32,000 nucleotides of DNA from Candidatus Bathyarchaeota archaeon (GTDB lineage Archaea > Thermoproteota > Bathyarchaeia > Bathyarchaeales > Bathycorpusculaceae): contig CAWIRG010000018.1 in assembly GCA_963838505.1 (NCBI GenBank), positions 3,147 to 35,146 of the forward strand. Direction: 5' to 3'. Within the stretch, counting starts at the first letter, position 1, and the number at the start of each line of letters is the position of its first letter. Under the pieces are notes generated by a model, which saw nothing but the letters and a program-made list of their open reading frames with translations, was not told the DNA's origin and did no database searches. Shown in pieces: positions 9,640 to 18,385 of the stretch. Position numbers and translations under genes: made by a program.

Positions 9640-9659
9640 CTCGAGAGCACGAGCTTTTT
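9640..9659 (+). terminator. Hairpin plus T5 tract downstream of nadA
   Basis: CTCG-AGAGCA-CGAG followed by CTTTTT, about 65 nt after the nadA stop. Oligo-T tracts terminate archaeal transcription. Confidence 0.4.
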
Positions 9660-9711
9660 GTGCAAGAAGAGTGAGTGTTGTATTGTATGCTAGTAGTCCA
9701 GTGGTGTTGAA

Positions 9712-10155
9712 TTGGAAATGGAAGATCTGAGAGCCGCAAGAAACCGTCTTGGCGAGAAGGGCTTGACGCTGTGCATCGTAAAGGACAAACAGGTGCTTTT
9801 TGAAACTGCCTCCAATGGGATTTCAGGTTTTCTTACAGCAACTGAAAAACTTGGCGAGCGACTTCACGGAGCTTCTGCGGCGGATAAGGTGGTTGGTAAA
9901 GCGGTCGCGCTTATATGTCTGTACACGGGAATCGAAGCAGTATACGGGTCCGTAATGAGCTGCAGAGCAAGAGAATTGCTGGAGCAGAAGGCCGTTCGAG
10001 CCGAATGGGACTACCTTGTCGAGAACATACTCAGCGACGGTGAACCGACGATTTGCCCATACGAGAGATTAGCAGCGGACATAAGTGATCCTTCGGAAGC
10101 CTACACAAAACTTAAAGCTTTGCAGGATTCTAAGACAGCGCGGATGAAAGAATGA
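9712..10155 (+). CDS. DUF1893 (TM1506-like) domain protein
   Basis: The central ADKVVGKAVAL, the C-terminal CPYE and the length of about 145 aa match my recollection of this family. Its stop overlaps the next start (ATGA). Confidence 0.5.
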   Translation: MEMEDLRAARNRLGEKGLTLCIVKDKQVLFETASNGISGFLTATEKLGERLHGASAADKVVGKAVALICLYTGIEAVYGSVMSCRARELLEQKAVRAEWDYLVENILSDGEPTICPYERLAADISDPSEAYTKLKALQDSKTARMKE

Positions 10156-10577
10156 ACAGAGGATACAACAGCTTCTCGTCTAGAGGAAAGGAAGAGGAAG
10201 GCATTAAACAGAAAAGGATGCCTGAACCCGATGGAGAAAAGGAACAGGGAACGAAAGGCAAGCCTGTTCATGTAACTGATTTGAATTTCAAAGAGCTAAC
10301 CTCGAAACATGCATTAGCGTTAGTTGACTTTTGGGCAGCATGGTGTGGCCCCTGCCAGTCTCTGGCGCCAACGATTGAAGAAGTGGCTAAGGAATACGAA
10401 GGCAGAGTGTTAGTTGGTAAGCTCAACGTTGATGAAAATCCGCAGACAGCAGAGTGTTTTCAGGTGTTCAGTATTCCAACTATGGTGATAACGAAGAAGG
10501 GCAAAGAAGTGGACAGAATAGTTGGATGTGTTCAGAAGAGGAACATCGAAGAGACGTTGGAGAAGCATTTGAAGTAG
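10152..10577 (+). CDS. trxA: Thioredoxin with a charged N-terminal extension (alternative start MPEPDG at 10218)
   Basis: FWAAWCGPC active site, followed by VDENP and SIPT as in the thioredoxin fold. Confidence 0.88.
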   Translation: MNRGYNSFSSRGKEEEGIKQKRMPEPDGEKEQGTKGKPVHVTDLNFKELTSKHALALVDFWAAWCGPCQSLAPTIEEVAKEYEGRVLVGKLNVDENPQTAECFQVFSIPTMVITKKGKEVDRIVGCVQKRNIEETLEKHLK

Positions 10578-10586
10578 GTTTGAAGC

Positions 10587-10715
10587 ATGGATATAAATGA
10601 ACGTCGCGTGGTTGGTGCTTTGCTATTGCTTCTGGGCGTTTCCTTATTAGCCATCGGCCTCTACACAGGCCAGCTGGACACAATTAGAAATCTGCTCAGA
10701 AACGTCTTCCCCTAA
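10587..10715 (+). CDS. Small (42 aa) single-pass membrane protein, hypothetical
   Basis: Hand translation gives MDINERRVVGALLLLLGVSLLAIGLYTGQLDTIRNLLRNVFP. It sits 10 nt after the thioredoxin stop. It is below the ORF-track length cut-off. Confidence 0.3.
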   Translation: MDINERRVVGALLLLLGVSLLAIGLYTGQLDTIRNLLRNVFP

Positions 10716-10779
10716 TCAAGAGCGAGAGAAAAGTTTTAAGCCTGACCAACGTTTTTTAGAATTCTCATTCGCAGGATGT

Positions 10780-11358
10780 GTGAATGTAGACATGAGCCCG
10801 CCAACTATCGAAAGTGAACGTGGAGAAAGCGAGGCCCTTCTGGAAGCAGCTAGACTCATGCTATTAGCTGTGAGAACAGCTCCTAAGACTTTAGGCAAAG
10901 ATGATGTTGTTTCTTTGATTCTTTGTGGAAAGGAAAAGGACGCTATTGCTGACGAAATGGAGGAAATTGCAATTGAAAGGAAGATTGAAGGATTCAAGAG
11001 AGATGCAAAGAACGTTAGGGATTCTAATGCCGTGGTCTTGGTAGGTGTGAGAGGTGACAGAAGCGTCGGCCTGGATTGTGGAGGCTGTGGCCACAGGGGC
11101 TGTCAAGAATTTGATAAATCAGACAAGAAGAGGGGAAATGACTTTTCAGGTCCCACGTGTGTCTTCAAAGCGTTAGACCTGGGAATATCGTTGGGATCGG
11201 CTGCGAAAACAGCGGCCATGCTTGACGTTGACAATCGCATGATGTATCGAGTTGGGACGGCAGCTATGAAAATTGGGCTGTTGCCCGAGGCAACGATTAT
11301 CGTTGGAATCCCCGTTTCAGCCAAAGGCAAAAGCATCTATTTTGACCGCGCCAAATAA
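10780..11358 (+). CDS. DUF2148-type protein with a ferredoxin-like Cys cluster
   Basis: LDCGGCGHRGCQEF cysteine motif, the flanking APKTLGKDD, and the length of about 190 aa fit the DUF2148/COG4739 family as I recall it. Confidence 0.55.
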   Translation: MNVDMSPPTIESERGESEALLEAARLMLLAVRTAPKTLGKDDVVSLILCGKEKDAIADEMEEIAIERKIEGFKRDAKNVRDSNAVVLVGVRGDRSVGLDCGGCGHRGCQEFDKSDKKRGNDFSGPTCVFKALDLGISLGSAAKTAAMLDVDNRMMYRVGTAAMKIGLLPEATIIVGIPVSAKGKSIYFDRAK

Positions 11359-11362
11359 TTCT

Positions 11363-11974
11363 CTAAGTTTGACCCTTCATTTTCTCATACATTTTCTCCA
11401 GCGTCCAACGGATGCTCGACTTGAGCTCCTTCAGTCTGTCAGGATCAACGTTCTTGACCGCTATTTCACGTATGACATCGCCTTCTCGAACAACGCTGTA
11501 ACAGAGGACATCTTCAGGAGACAGTTGTCCAGCTCTGACTAGTTCGCTGTCCCTTTCCTGCATTTTCTGCAAGATTCTTTCTACGAAGAACTGGGCAAAA
11601 GGAGGTGTATTGATATTGAAGTTTTTGTCTTCAGCCAACACCACACGCAGAGAATCTCCGTGCGCATAAAGGTTGGCAAGAAGCTCACCTGCCATGGTTT
11701 GCAATGGAGTGGCGTTCTCATTTTCTTCCATCGATTGGGATTCTGCTGGCTCAAGCTCTCCTTCATTCAAACGTCCTGCTGGCGGCAGTGTTTCAGTTGT
11801 TGTCGGTTCCTTTTTGACTTCGAGACGTCTGAACCCTTTTTCGATGAGAAAAGAGGTGACGATATCAAGCATCGTCTGTGAATCTTTGAGGTCGGAACTC
11901 ATCTGTTCAATCTTGATTTCAAGTTTCTTCTTGAATTCCACGAGCCGCTTCATTCTTTCTGCTTCTTCAGACAA
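11363..11974 (-). CDS. Hypothetical protein with an N-terminal coiled coil and an acidic linker
   Basis: 203-aa ORF with coding-like composition and no recognisable motif. An alternative ATG lies at 11953. Confidence 0.5.
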   Translation of the reverse strand: MSEEAERMKRLVEFKKKLEIKIEQMSSDLKDSQTMLDIVTSFLIEKGFRRLEVKKEPTTTETLPPAGRLNEGELEPAESQSMEENENATPLQTMAGELLANLYAHGDSLRVVLAEDKNFNINTPPFAQFFVERILQKMQERDSELVRAGQLSPEDVLCYSVVREGDVIREIAVKNVDPDRLKELKSSIRWTLEKMYEKMKGQT

Positions 11975-12129
11975 TTTCCATTCCCGAATAATATGTTGCA
12001 GGCCTTCCCTTTATCAACCCTTTGAAATTCGAAGTGACGCTTAAGTCGTCTCGAGCCCGCGCAGATTGCTTGCAACGAGCAGAGAGAAGAGCAGTTATTT
12101 GCGGACACATGTGAGAGAGGGCAGTTTTA

Positions 12130-12627
12130 CTATGCAAGTTCAGGTATTGCGTTGGTGTCAACGGTGATTTTTGAGTTAGAAAAGGAGTGAAGAGGTTGAA
12201 CCATAATTTTGAGTTCGCTTTGAAGGAATGTTTCGAATTCATGAAAGATAGGGCTGTCTGTGTTATTGAGTTTGAGGCACATGTTTTTTCCATTCACTAA
12301 TGGGCTTAGATCAAAGATGGCCACACGCTTTGAATATTCTGGGTCCTCCGTGACTATCTTTAGCAAATCGTCTGAAGGTTCTTCTGAAAAAAGCCAAGCC
12401 ATACGGGAGGATTCAACGACACTGTAGGATACTCCTTTTTGAACCACGCACTTTCTGTTGGAGATTATTGCTTTGAAGGAAGAAGAAGGCACGTTTCTGG
12501 TCCAAAGGAAATTGTGATAGGTATCATTCAACTCTATCCAGTCTTCATGTTCGGAAGCTCTATACCCTTTTGACCTGCAAAAACCTTTGAAGCGCTCGAA
12601 TATTTCCCATACCTTCGGCAAACGCAT
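12130..12627 (-). CDS. Hypothetical protein
   Basis: 165-aa ORF with an ATG start. It is divergent from the Lrp gene and has no recognisable motif. Confidence 0.5.
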   Translation of the reverse strand: MRLPKVWEIFERFKGFCRSKGYRASEHEDWIELNDTYHNFLWTRNVPSSSFKAIISNRKCVVQKGVSYSVVESSRMAWLFSEEPSDDLLKIVTEDPEYSKRVAIFDLSPLVNGKNMCLKLNNTDSPIFHEFETFLQSELKIMVQPLHSFSNSKITVDTNAIPELA

Positions 12628-12847
12628 ATTTCATTCCGCCTGAAACAATCTTCTAGAACAACGTTCTAGTTGGTGGACCGGAGACTTAAACCTTTTTGTC
12701 AACGTTTTCCAAAACAATGAAGCCTAGACAGCCACGTTATTGCAGTTTTGTAGGCATTAGTCGTCGTTTCATATAAATTCTCCGACAGCAACGTGAGCGA
12801 TTTTTCACGAGAAAAGGATGAGTGTGCCCAATGACAAGAAATAAATC

Positions 12848-12863
12848 CTGATATATCTATCAG
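12848..12863 (+). promoter_or_regulatory. Palindrome CTGATA-TATC-TATCAG overlapping an AT-rich TATA-like core upstream of the Lrp gene
   Basis: Perfect 6-bp arms. It lies 25-40 nt upstream of the 12888 start and just before GGAGG (12871..12875). This is a plausible autoregulatory operator or promoter. Confidence 0.3.
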
Positions 12864-12887
12864 AAACAAGGAGGAGAATGAGTACAG

Positions 12888-13412
12888 TTGAAGCTCAAGA
12901 ATAATGCTGTTTCTCTGGATAATACAGACATTGGGATTTTGCAGGAATTGCAGAAGAATTCAAGAGAGACGTATGGAGCCATAGGTAAAAGGCTGGGAAT
13001 AGCTCACTCAACGGTGTATGACAGGGTGAGAAGAATGGAGCAGCAGAAAGTGATTAAGAACTACACGACGATCATAGACGTTGAGAAAATGGGGATAAAA
13101 AACGTTACTGCGATAATGACAGTTTATACAGACCCAAAGGAAACCGAGAAGGTCGCAGAGAAATTGGCGGCTTTGCCACAGGCCCTTGAGGTTTACACGT
13201 CTCTTTCAGAAGAGCTTCTTATAATAGCAAAAGTCATCGCAGCAAGTCAAGAAGACCTGCATGAACTGATAGCTAACCTGATTGCACCATTTCCAGGAGT
13301 TCTGAGAATCCGCACCTCTATCATTACAAAGAAGTTTAAAGAAGCTGAATTTCAGTTTCCTTATCACAAGGAAAAGTTAGCTTTTAATAGAGAAATGGAC
13401 AATAATACGTGA
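12888..13412 (+). CDS. Lrp/AsnC-family transcriptional regulator
   Basis: N-terminal helix-turn-helix (LDNTDIGILQELQKNSRETYGAIGKRLGIAHSTVYDRVRRMEQQKVI) followed by a RAM-like domain. Confidence 0.85.
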   Translation: MKLKNNAVSLDNTDIGILQELQKNSRETYGAIGKRLGIAHSTVYDRVRRMEQQKVIKNYTTIIDVEKMGIKNVTAIMTVYTDPKETEKVAEKLAALPQALEVYTSLSEELLIIAKVIAASQEDLHELIANLIAPFPGVLRIRTSIITKKFKEAEFQFPYHKEKLAFNREMDNNT

Positions 13413-13422
13413 GGAGAAAAGT

Positions 13423-13764
13423 TTGACAGATGGAATAAATTCGAAGATTCTGAGGAACCTTCCTAGAGAAAAAGCCTTCTACTTTTTCACGTCTATCGGC
13501 AACTACACTGGTGAAAGCGCTGCATCCTTGAAGGAATTCATGGAAAAGGTCAACACGGTGAACGTGAAGTCTTTAGAGTTTCATCTTTCTCGTGGGGATT
13601 TTGAAAAATGGATCACGGAGGTCTTGGAGGATAAGAAGTTGGCGTTGGATTTCTGGAGATTGCAGAGGAGCAAGTTGTCTGGCGACAGTATTCGCAGCCA
13701 GCTGTACTTAGCAGTTTCAAGGCGTTACAAGGAATTGGTTGCAAAGCCAAACTTTCCTGCGTGA
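13423..13764 (+). CDS. Conserved-looking hypothetical protein (113 aa)
   Basis: TTG start preceded by GAGGAG. I cannot assign a family with confidence. Confidence 0.5.
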   Translation: MTDGINSKILRNLPREKAFYFFTSIGNYTGESAASLKEFMEKVNTVNVKSLEFHLSRGDFEKWITEVLEDKKLALDFWRLQRSKLSGDSIRSQLYLAVSRRYKELVAKPNFPA

Positions 13765-14706
13765 ACGCAACCCTGCCCCAGGCTCGGTCAGGGCTGGACA
13801 GATTAGCAAACTTGCGGCGCTCAGAAGAGAACTCGATGCAGTAGGTGGTTTTGATTGAGCAATCAGCTGAGATATCGTCAGATTTCCGTTCGATTGCGGA
13901 TAGAATCTCATTCGGCTAATGACAGTAGTCGTGTAAGTGCTGTTGGGGAATGGCTGTCCAGAATAGGCGTGTGGATTTGTACTGCTCACCGAATCATCTA
14001 TTGTCATGTTCTCGTTTAGTAGCATATGCAGAAGATTAAGCGTTTCAGCGTCCGTGTCTCTGGGGATGACAATGTCTGACCAGCCTATGAACGCCTTGGC
14101 TCCTTTGTCTAGAAAGGCCTGAGCTATTTGTTCGCATCCTTGCTTTAGGCTTTGACAACCCATAGCTATGATGATGCTATTTGGAAATCGACCTGCTAAA
14201 TTCTCTATGAAGAGAGATGAGAGGGCAAAGAATTGTTCACCGGGTTTGTAATAGAATTCTCCCACGGTCAAGAGGCCGCTGTTTAATTGTGAAGCGTGTT
14301 TCGGAGCGGAGGATTCGTCGTATTTTTCAGACGTTAAGAGGTCGACGGTAGAATTGTCGCTTCTCAAGGCTGAATGTTCTCTCAATATTATTAAGCCATA
14401 GTTGGAGCTGGCCAAATTGCTGAAAAAGGCAACGTTCAAAGTCTGATTGTAATAGGTGACGTTGAACCCATGATCTTCCATAGTTCGTGTAACGTCGGAC
14501 ACGAATGATGGGTTTGGAAAATCCGCTCCCAGCTGGTCGATTATCGCGGCCGTCAGAGAAAACTTGGCTGCGGGTTGCGTGAAAACGCCTGCGAAGACAA
14601 GACCTAGGATCATTATGAGGACAAGAACTGCAGAGAGTATGATCCAGCGCTTTCCTATGCCTTCCTTTGTCTCTTTCTGGTGTGAATTCTTGGTTTTCCT
14701 AGCCAT
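13717..14706 (-). CDS. N-terminally membrane-anchored extracellular protein, hypothetical
   Basis: MARKTKNSHQKETKEG is followed by one TM segment (WIILSAVLVLIMILGLVFAGVF), then a domain of about 280 aa rich in N-x-S/T sequons. The 3' end overlaps the convergent gene by 48 nt, so the C-terminus is doubtful. Confidence 0.55.
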   Translation of the reverse strand: MARKTKNSHQKETKEGIGKRWIILSAVLVLIMILGLVFAGVFTQPAAKFSLTAAIIDQLGADFPNPSFVSDVTRTMEDHGFNVTYYNQTLNVAFFSNLASSNYGLIILREHSALRSDNSTVDLLTSEKYDESSAPKHASQLNSGLLTVGEFYYKPGEQFFALSSLFIENLAGRFPNSIIIAMGCQSLKQGCEQIAQAFLDKGAKAFIGWSDIVIPRDTDAETLNLLHMLLNENMTIDDSVSSTNPHAYSGQPFPNSTYTTTVISRMRFYPQSNGNLTISQLIAQSKPPTASSSLLSAASLLICPALTEPGAGLRSRRKVWLCNQFLVTP

Positions 14707-15063
14707 CAACAGGCAGACTCCGGAACACAAATAGTTCGCGGCACTTGTATACGAAATATGACTTGACGCGCCCTATTGTTCTTTTCTGTTGAAGAGTCGG
14801 GAATAAGGCTGGCGTTGAGACCGAATTTCGACTTGGAACCTACTCGTCTGTTCATGTTTCTTCAGCGGCGCAGAACATCATGTTCCCATACGTACTATGA
14901 CAGTAGATTTGCAGTGAGGGCTCGCTCTTTGACTTCGAAGCTTTTTGAAATTAGTTATGCAGTTTTTGATCTTCTGTGCGCAGTTGCAGCTCTTCTGTGT
15001 GCTGCGTGGGCATCTGAACGTCTCAGCGAGCAATTCGCGTTAGGCTAATAATCAGGTTCATGG

Positions 15064-15966
15064 GTGACCCTTGACTCACTGGAGAACCGCATACTTGGCC
15101 TATCAATTATTATAGACTGGGCAGGATCGAGTGTTGCCATGATTGTTGAGGCTGTTTTGGCTCAACGTTTATTTCTTAGTCTTTCCCTACAATATTATGG
15201 CGATATCTTGGAAAAAGAAAACTGGGTTGCGTTGGGAGCAGTTCTCATAATCTTGGCCTTGATAACTATGGTGTTTTCAAACGTTTCCTCGGGCACGGAA
15301 AACTACATTCCAAAGGCCAGCGTTGACAATTCACCGTTAGGTTCATCAAATGTCGTCATTTCAGGCAATTTTGAGGCGGGTCAAAACTTCCTTTTCAACT
15401 TTACGAAAGGGCATTTTTGGGGCGTCCAATACGACCAGCAAAACGGGGGGCTTGAACCTGCAGATAATCAGTTCGCCCCGAACGCGACCATACCGCCTTA
15501 CAAAGAAATCTATTTCGGCCTCATTGGCCCTTCAGGTTACAGACTTGAGGTGGGGGTCTATCTCGATGGTGGCGTGGAACCTTATGCTGTAGTTGTCTAT
15601 AACGAAACCGCCGATTTTGCCCTTGCACAATTTACGCCGATTAGTGGGCGGAATCTGACAGAAGACAACGTGGGAATCCAGGGCATAACGAACGCGACCG
15701 GAAACTACACCGTGATAGCGGAAACGATCGCCCCCCCTGTCTATAGAGCTCTTAACATGACTTATGACGTGGTTGCAAACCCATCTGAAAACGTGCTCGC
15801 TGACCCTCCGCTGCAAATGGGCCTGTGGAACGTGGAGACGGGTGAAACGAAGCCATACTTAATACCGGTTGCAACCATGGGCGCGATACTGCTTGTCTCA
15901 GGCGTCGGTTCCGTCGTCTGGGCAGTAAAACCCAGCAGAATATCACGTGGGCATTTGAAGAAGTAA
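15064..15966 (+). CDS. Membrane protein with a sequon-rich extracellular domain and a C-terminal TM anchor, hypothetical
   Basis: GTG start, N-terminal hydrophobic segments, many N-x-S/T sites, and a C-terminal TM (IPVATMGAILLVSGVGSVVWAV) followed by basic residues. Confidence 0.6.
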   Translation: MTLDSLENRILGLSIIIDWAGSSVAMIVEAVLAQRLFLSLSLQYYGDILEKENWVALGAVLIILALITMVFSNVSSGTENYIPKASVDNSPLGSSNVVISGNFEAGQNFLFNFTKGHFWGVQYDQQNGGLEPADNQFAPNATIPPYKEIYFGLIGPSGYRLEVGVYLDGGVEPYAVVVYNETADFALAQFTPISGRNLTEDNVGIQGITNATGNYTVIAETIAPPVYRALNMTYDVVANPSENVLADPPLQMGLWNVETGETKPYLIPVATMGAILLVSGVGSVVWAVKPSRISRGHLKK

Positions 15967-16168
15967 AGTGAAAAAGCAGACCGAACGATTTGTTTTGAAG
16001 AAAACTTTGCGAAAGCATCCAGGCCAGAACCACTAGTGTTCTCTGAAGCGTTAAGATTAACAGATTGAGAAGCGACGCACTGAAGTCTGTTTCATGATGC
16101 TAAGAGTTCATTTTGTAAGCGCGCGCGCTTTAGCCGGTTTCGGCCTTCATTGGAATTCAGCTGTTAGC

Positions 16169-16182
16169 AAAAAAAGAGAAAA
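16169..16182 (-). terminator. Oligo-T terminator after the cohesin-like gene
   Basis: The minus strand reads TTTTCTCTTTTTTT, starting 3 nt after the stop at 16185..16187. Confidence 0.45.
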
Positions 16183-16184
16183 GG

Positions 16185-17268
16185 TTAGTGAAGAAACCTT
16201 CTTTTCCTCAGACCAGTTGCTGCAGCGGTGATTATCAATGTTGCCGTCATTAGCAGTAGCATTAGGCTTGTTGACGGAAATTCTGGAACAGAGTATGTGC
16301 TTGTAAGCACCACGACGTGAGTGCCGTCCGTGAAGTTGAACCATACGTACGAGTTGCTTGAATCAGTAGTTACAGTGCTTGATACGGTAGAGTTGTCCAC
16401 CGTGACATTCCAAGGTCCTGACATGAGAGTCATTGGAACCGTGACATTGCATTCGCCACCAGTGCCCGCGACGCCGTAGGTCGTAGCGTTGAACGTAAAA
16501 GATGCTGGACCGTAGGGGCTGGTTAGATTTTGCCAACCAAGGTCAGCCGGTGCAGTCATATTTGCGTCACTGGCAATTGACACTGCGTAGTTTGCACCAA
16601 AGGCGGTGGCTGTCTCGTTGAAGGGGGTCATGACTAGTCCCTCGTATGTTCCGTTGAAGAGTTGGAAAGGAATCTCGTTCGGCGGGGTTACTGGGTCGGC
16701 AGGTCTGCGAAGGCGATTTGAGCGGACTGGAGGAGAGGGGCGAAGGCTGAGCGATAACTTGGAACGTTAGCACTACGATTGTTCCGTTGCCCGTCCATGG
16801 TCCGGCGGTCGATGCGGCAGCCACTTTGTAGAAGGTAGCGGCTGGGTATGGTCCAGCGCCTGTGATTGGAACCACAGAAGTCTCGTTAAGGTAGAACCCG
16901 GCGCTTTTGCCGTACAGAATGCCCGGTCCTAACAGGACTCCACCTGTTTGTCCGACCATGTCAGTGAGGTGTGTTGCCTCGATCGTACTGTTGTTCCAAG
17001 TCGCATGGACTTCGATGCCTGCTAATCCCTGTGGGACAGTGTTAGTCGTAACATTATACAAGGTGATATTCACGGTGAACGTTTGGCCAATGGCCGGTCC
17101 AGGGCCCATGGTTGTCAGTGAAGGATCGACTGTAATGTAAGACCCCTCGGTCGGGGCCCCCGCTTGAGCTGAAACTTTTGTTACTGTCATTGCTGATGCT
17201 ATTACTGCCAGAGTGAGGATTGAAATTAACATTGCGATATTGTAGATTGTCTTCATTCTTTTCACCAT
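16185..17268 (-). pseudogene. Secreted cohesin-like domain protein with a PEF-CTERM-like sorting tail; two 1-nt deletions interrupt the frame
   Basis: Signal peptide, then GQTFTVNITLYNVT..GLAGIEVHATWN..GNGTIVVLTFQV (cohesin-like pattern). The C-terminus is VPEFPSTSLMLLLMTATLIITAAATGLRKRRF. ORFs 16567..17268 and 16185..16631 are linked through a third frame (APLLQSAQIAFADLP). Breaks are at about 16735-16750 and 16690-16705. Confidence 0.7.
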
Positions 17269-17305
17269 TCTTAACGTACTGACTCATGTATATCTGAGAC
17301 ATCCT

Positions 17306-17313
17306 TTTATAAA
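17306..17313 (-). promoter_or_regulatory. Candidate TATA box (TTTATAAA) for the cohesin-like gene
   Basis: It lies 38-45 nt upstream of the ATG at 17268, in the 112-nt gap after oppF. Confidence 0.3.
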
Positions 17314-17380
17314 TTTTGTCCTTGATAGAAAATTAGGCGGATGCAGGCTTTGTTCATTCTGAGGGGAGCGTGCGTGGCTT

Positions 17381-18373
17381 CTATTGGTTGTAGAGGTGGC
17401 AGGCTACGTAATGTTGTCCGCCAGTGTCTAGCAGCTCGGGCTCTTTTGTTCTGCAGATGTCGCCTATGTAGGAGGGGCATCTGGTGTGGAATCTGCATCC
17501 TGAAGGCGGGTTTATGGGGCTTGGGATTTCGCCTTTTATTACGGCTTCGCTTCTTTTTGCGTTTGGGTCTGGAATTGGAACTGCGATGATAAGAGCTTTC
17601 GTGTACGGGTGAAGTGGTTCGTAGACTACCTTTTCGGCCTCCGACATTTCCACTATTTTTCCTAGGTACATTATGGCTATGCGGTCGCATATGTGTCGCG
17701 CCAGGGCAAGGTCGTGCGTTATGTAAAGGAATGATACGTTGTGTTTTTGGATGAGGTCGAACATTAGGTTGAGCACTTCAGCCCTTATGGAAACGTCTAA
17801 CATTGAAACGGGTTCATCGGCGACTACGAATTCAGGTTCAAGCACTAATGAGCGGGCAAGGGCGACTCGTTGTCTTTGTCCTCCGCTGAGTTCATGTGGG
17901 TATCTGAAGAGGTACTGTTCTGGCGGTGTCATCTTTACTTCTTCAAGTTTCTCCAGCACTTTGTCCTCCACTTGTTTTTCGCTGCTGTAGATTTTGTGTA
18001 TTTTTAGCGGTTCAGAGATGATGTCGTACACTGTGAATCTCGGGTTTAATGATTCATAGGGATCTTGAAAGATCATTTGCATCTGTCTTCTCAGAGTCTT
18101 CATGTCCGTTTGCTCTACGCTGAAGATGTCCTTGCCCTTGAAGAATGCTTTACCCGATGTGGGCTCGATCAAGCGCAAGACGACTCTGCCTGTTGTCGTT
18201 TTGCCGCTTCCGGATTCACCTGCTAGACCGAAGATTTCTTTTTTCTTTATGTCGAAGCTTATGTTGTCGATGGCTTTTACGAAAATCTCGCTTCTCGACG
18301 TTACGGATCTGAAGAAGCCGAGGTTTACTGGAAAATACTTTCGGAGTTTTTCGACTTTTAACAGTTCATCCAT
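17381..18373 (-). CDS. oppF: Oligopeptide/dipeptide ABC transporter ATP-binding protein (OppF/DppF type)
   Basis: Walker A GESGSGKT, signature LSGGQRQR, Walker B FVVADEP, and the C-terminal Cys-rich oligopeptide-type tail (GCRFHTRCP). Confidence 0.9.
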   Translation of the reverse strand: MDELLKVEKLRKYFPVNLGFFRSVTSRSEIFVKAIDNISFDIKKKEIFGLAGESGSGKTTTGRVVLRLIEPTSGKAFFKGKDIFSVEQTDMKTLRRQMQMIFQDPYESLNPRFTVYDIISEPLKIHKIYSSEKQVEDKVLEKLEEVKMTPPEQYLFRYPHELSGGQRQRVALARSLVLEPEFVVADEPVSMLDVSIRAEVLNLMFDLIQKHNVSFLYITHDLALARHICDRIAIMYLGKIVEMSEAEKVVYEPLHPYTKALIIAVPIPDPNAKRSEAVIKGEIPSPINPPSGCRFHTRCPSYIGDICRTKEPELLDTGGQHYVACHLYNQ

Positions 18374-18385
18374 TGATGAGTCGCC

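Noticed and set aside
14776-15048. 90-aa plus-strand ORF in the divergent intergenic region
   Set aside because: It has a TTG start, no ribosome-binding site and no motif. It is in the same frame as the next gene but separated from it by a double TAA, so it cannot be rescued as an N-terminal extension.
17307-17690. 127-aa Arg/Lys-rich ORF, and the plus-strand 17341..17589 ORF
   Set aside because: They are alternative-frame or antisense overlaps of the 3' end of the well-supported oppF gene.
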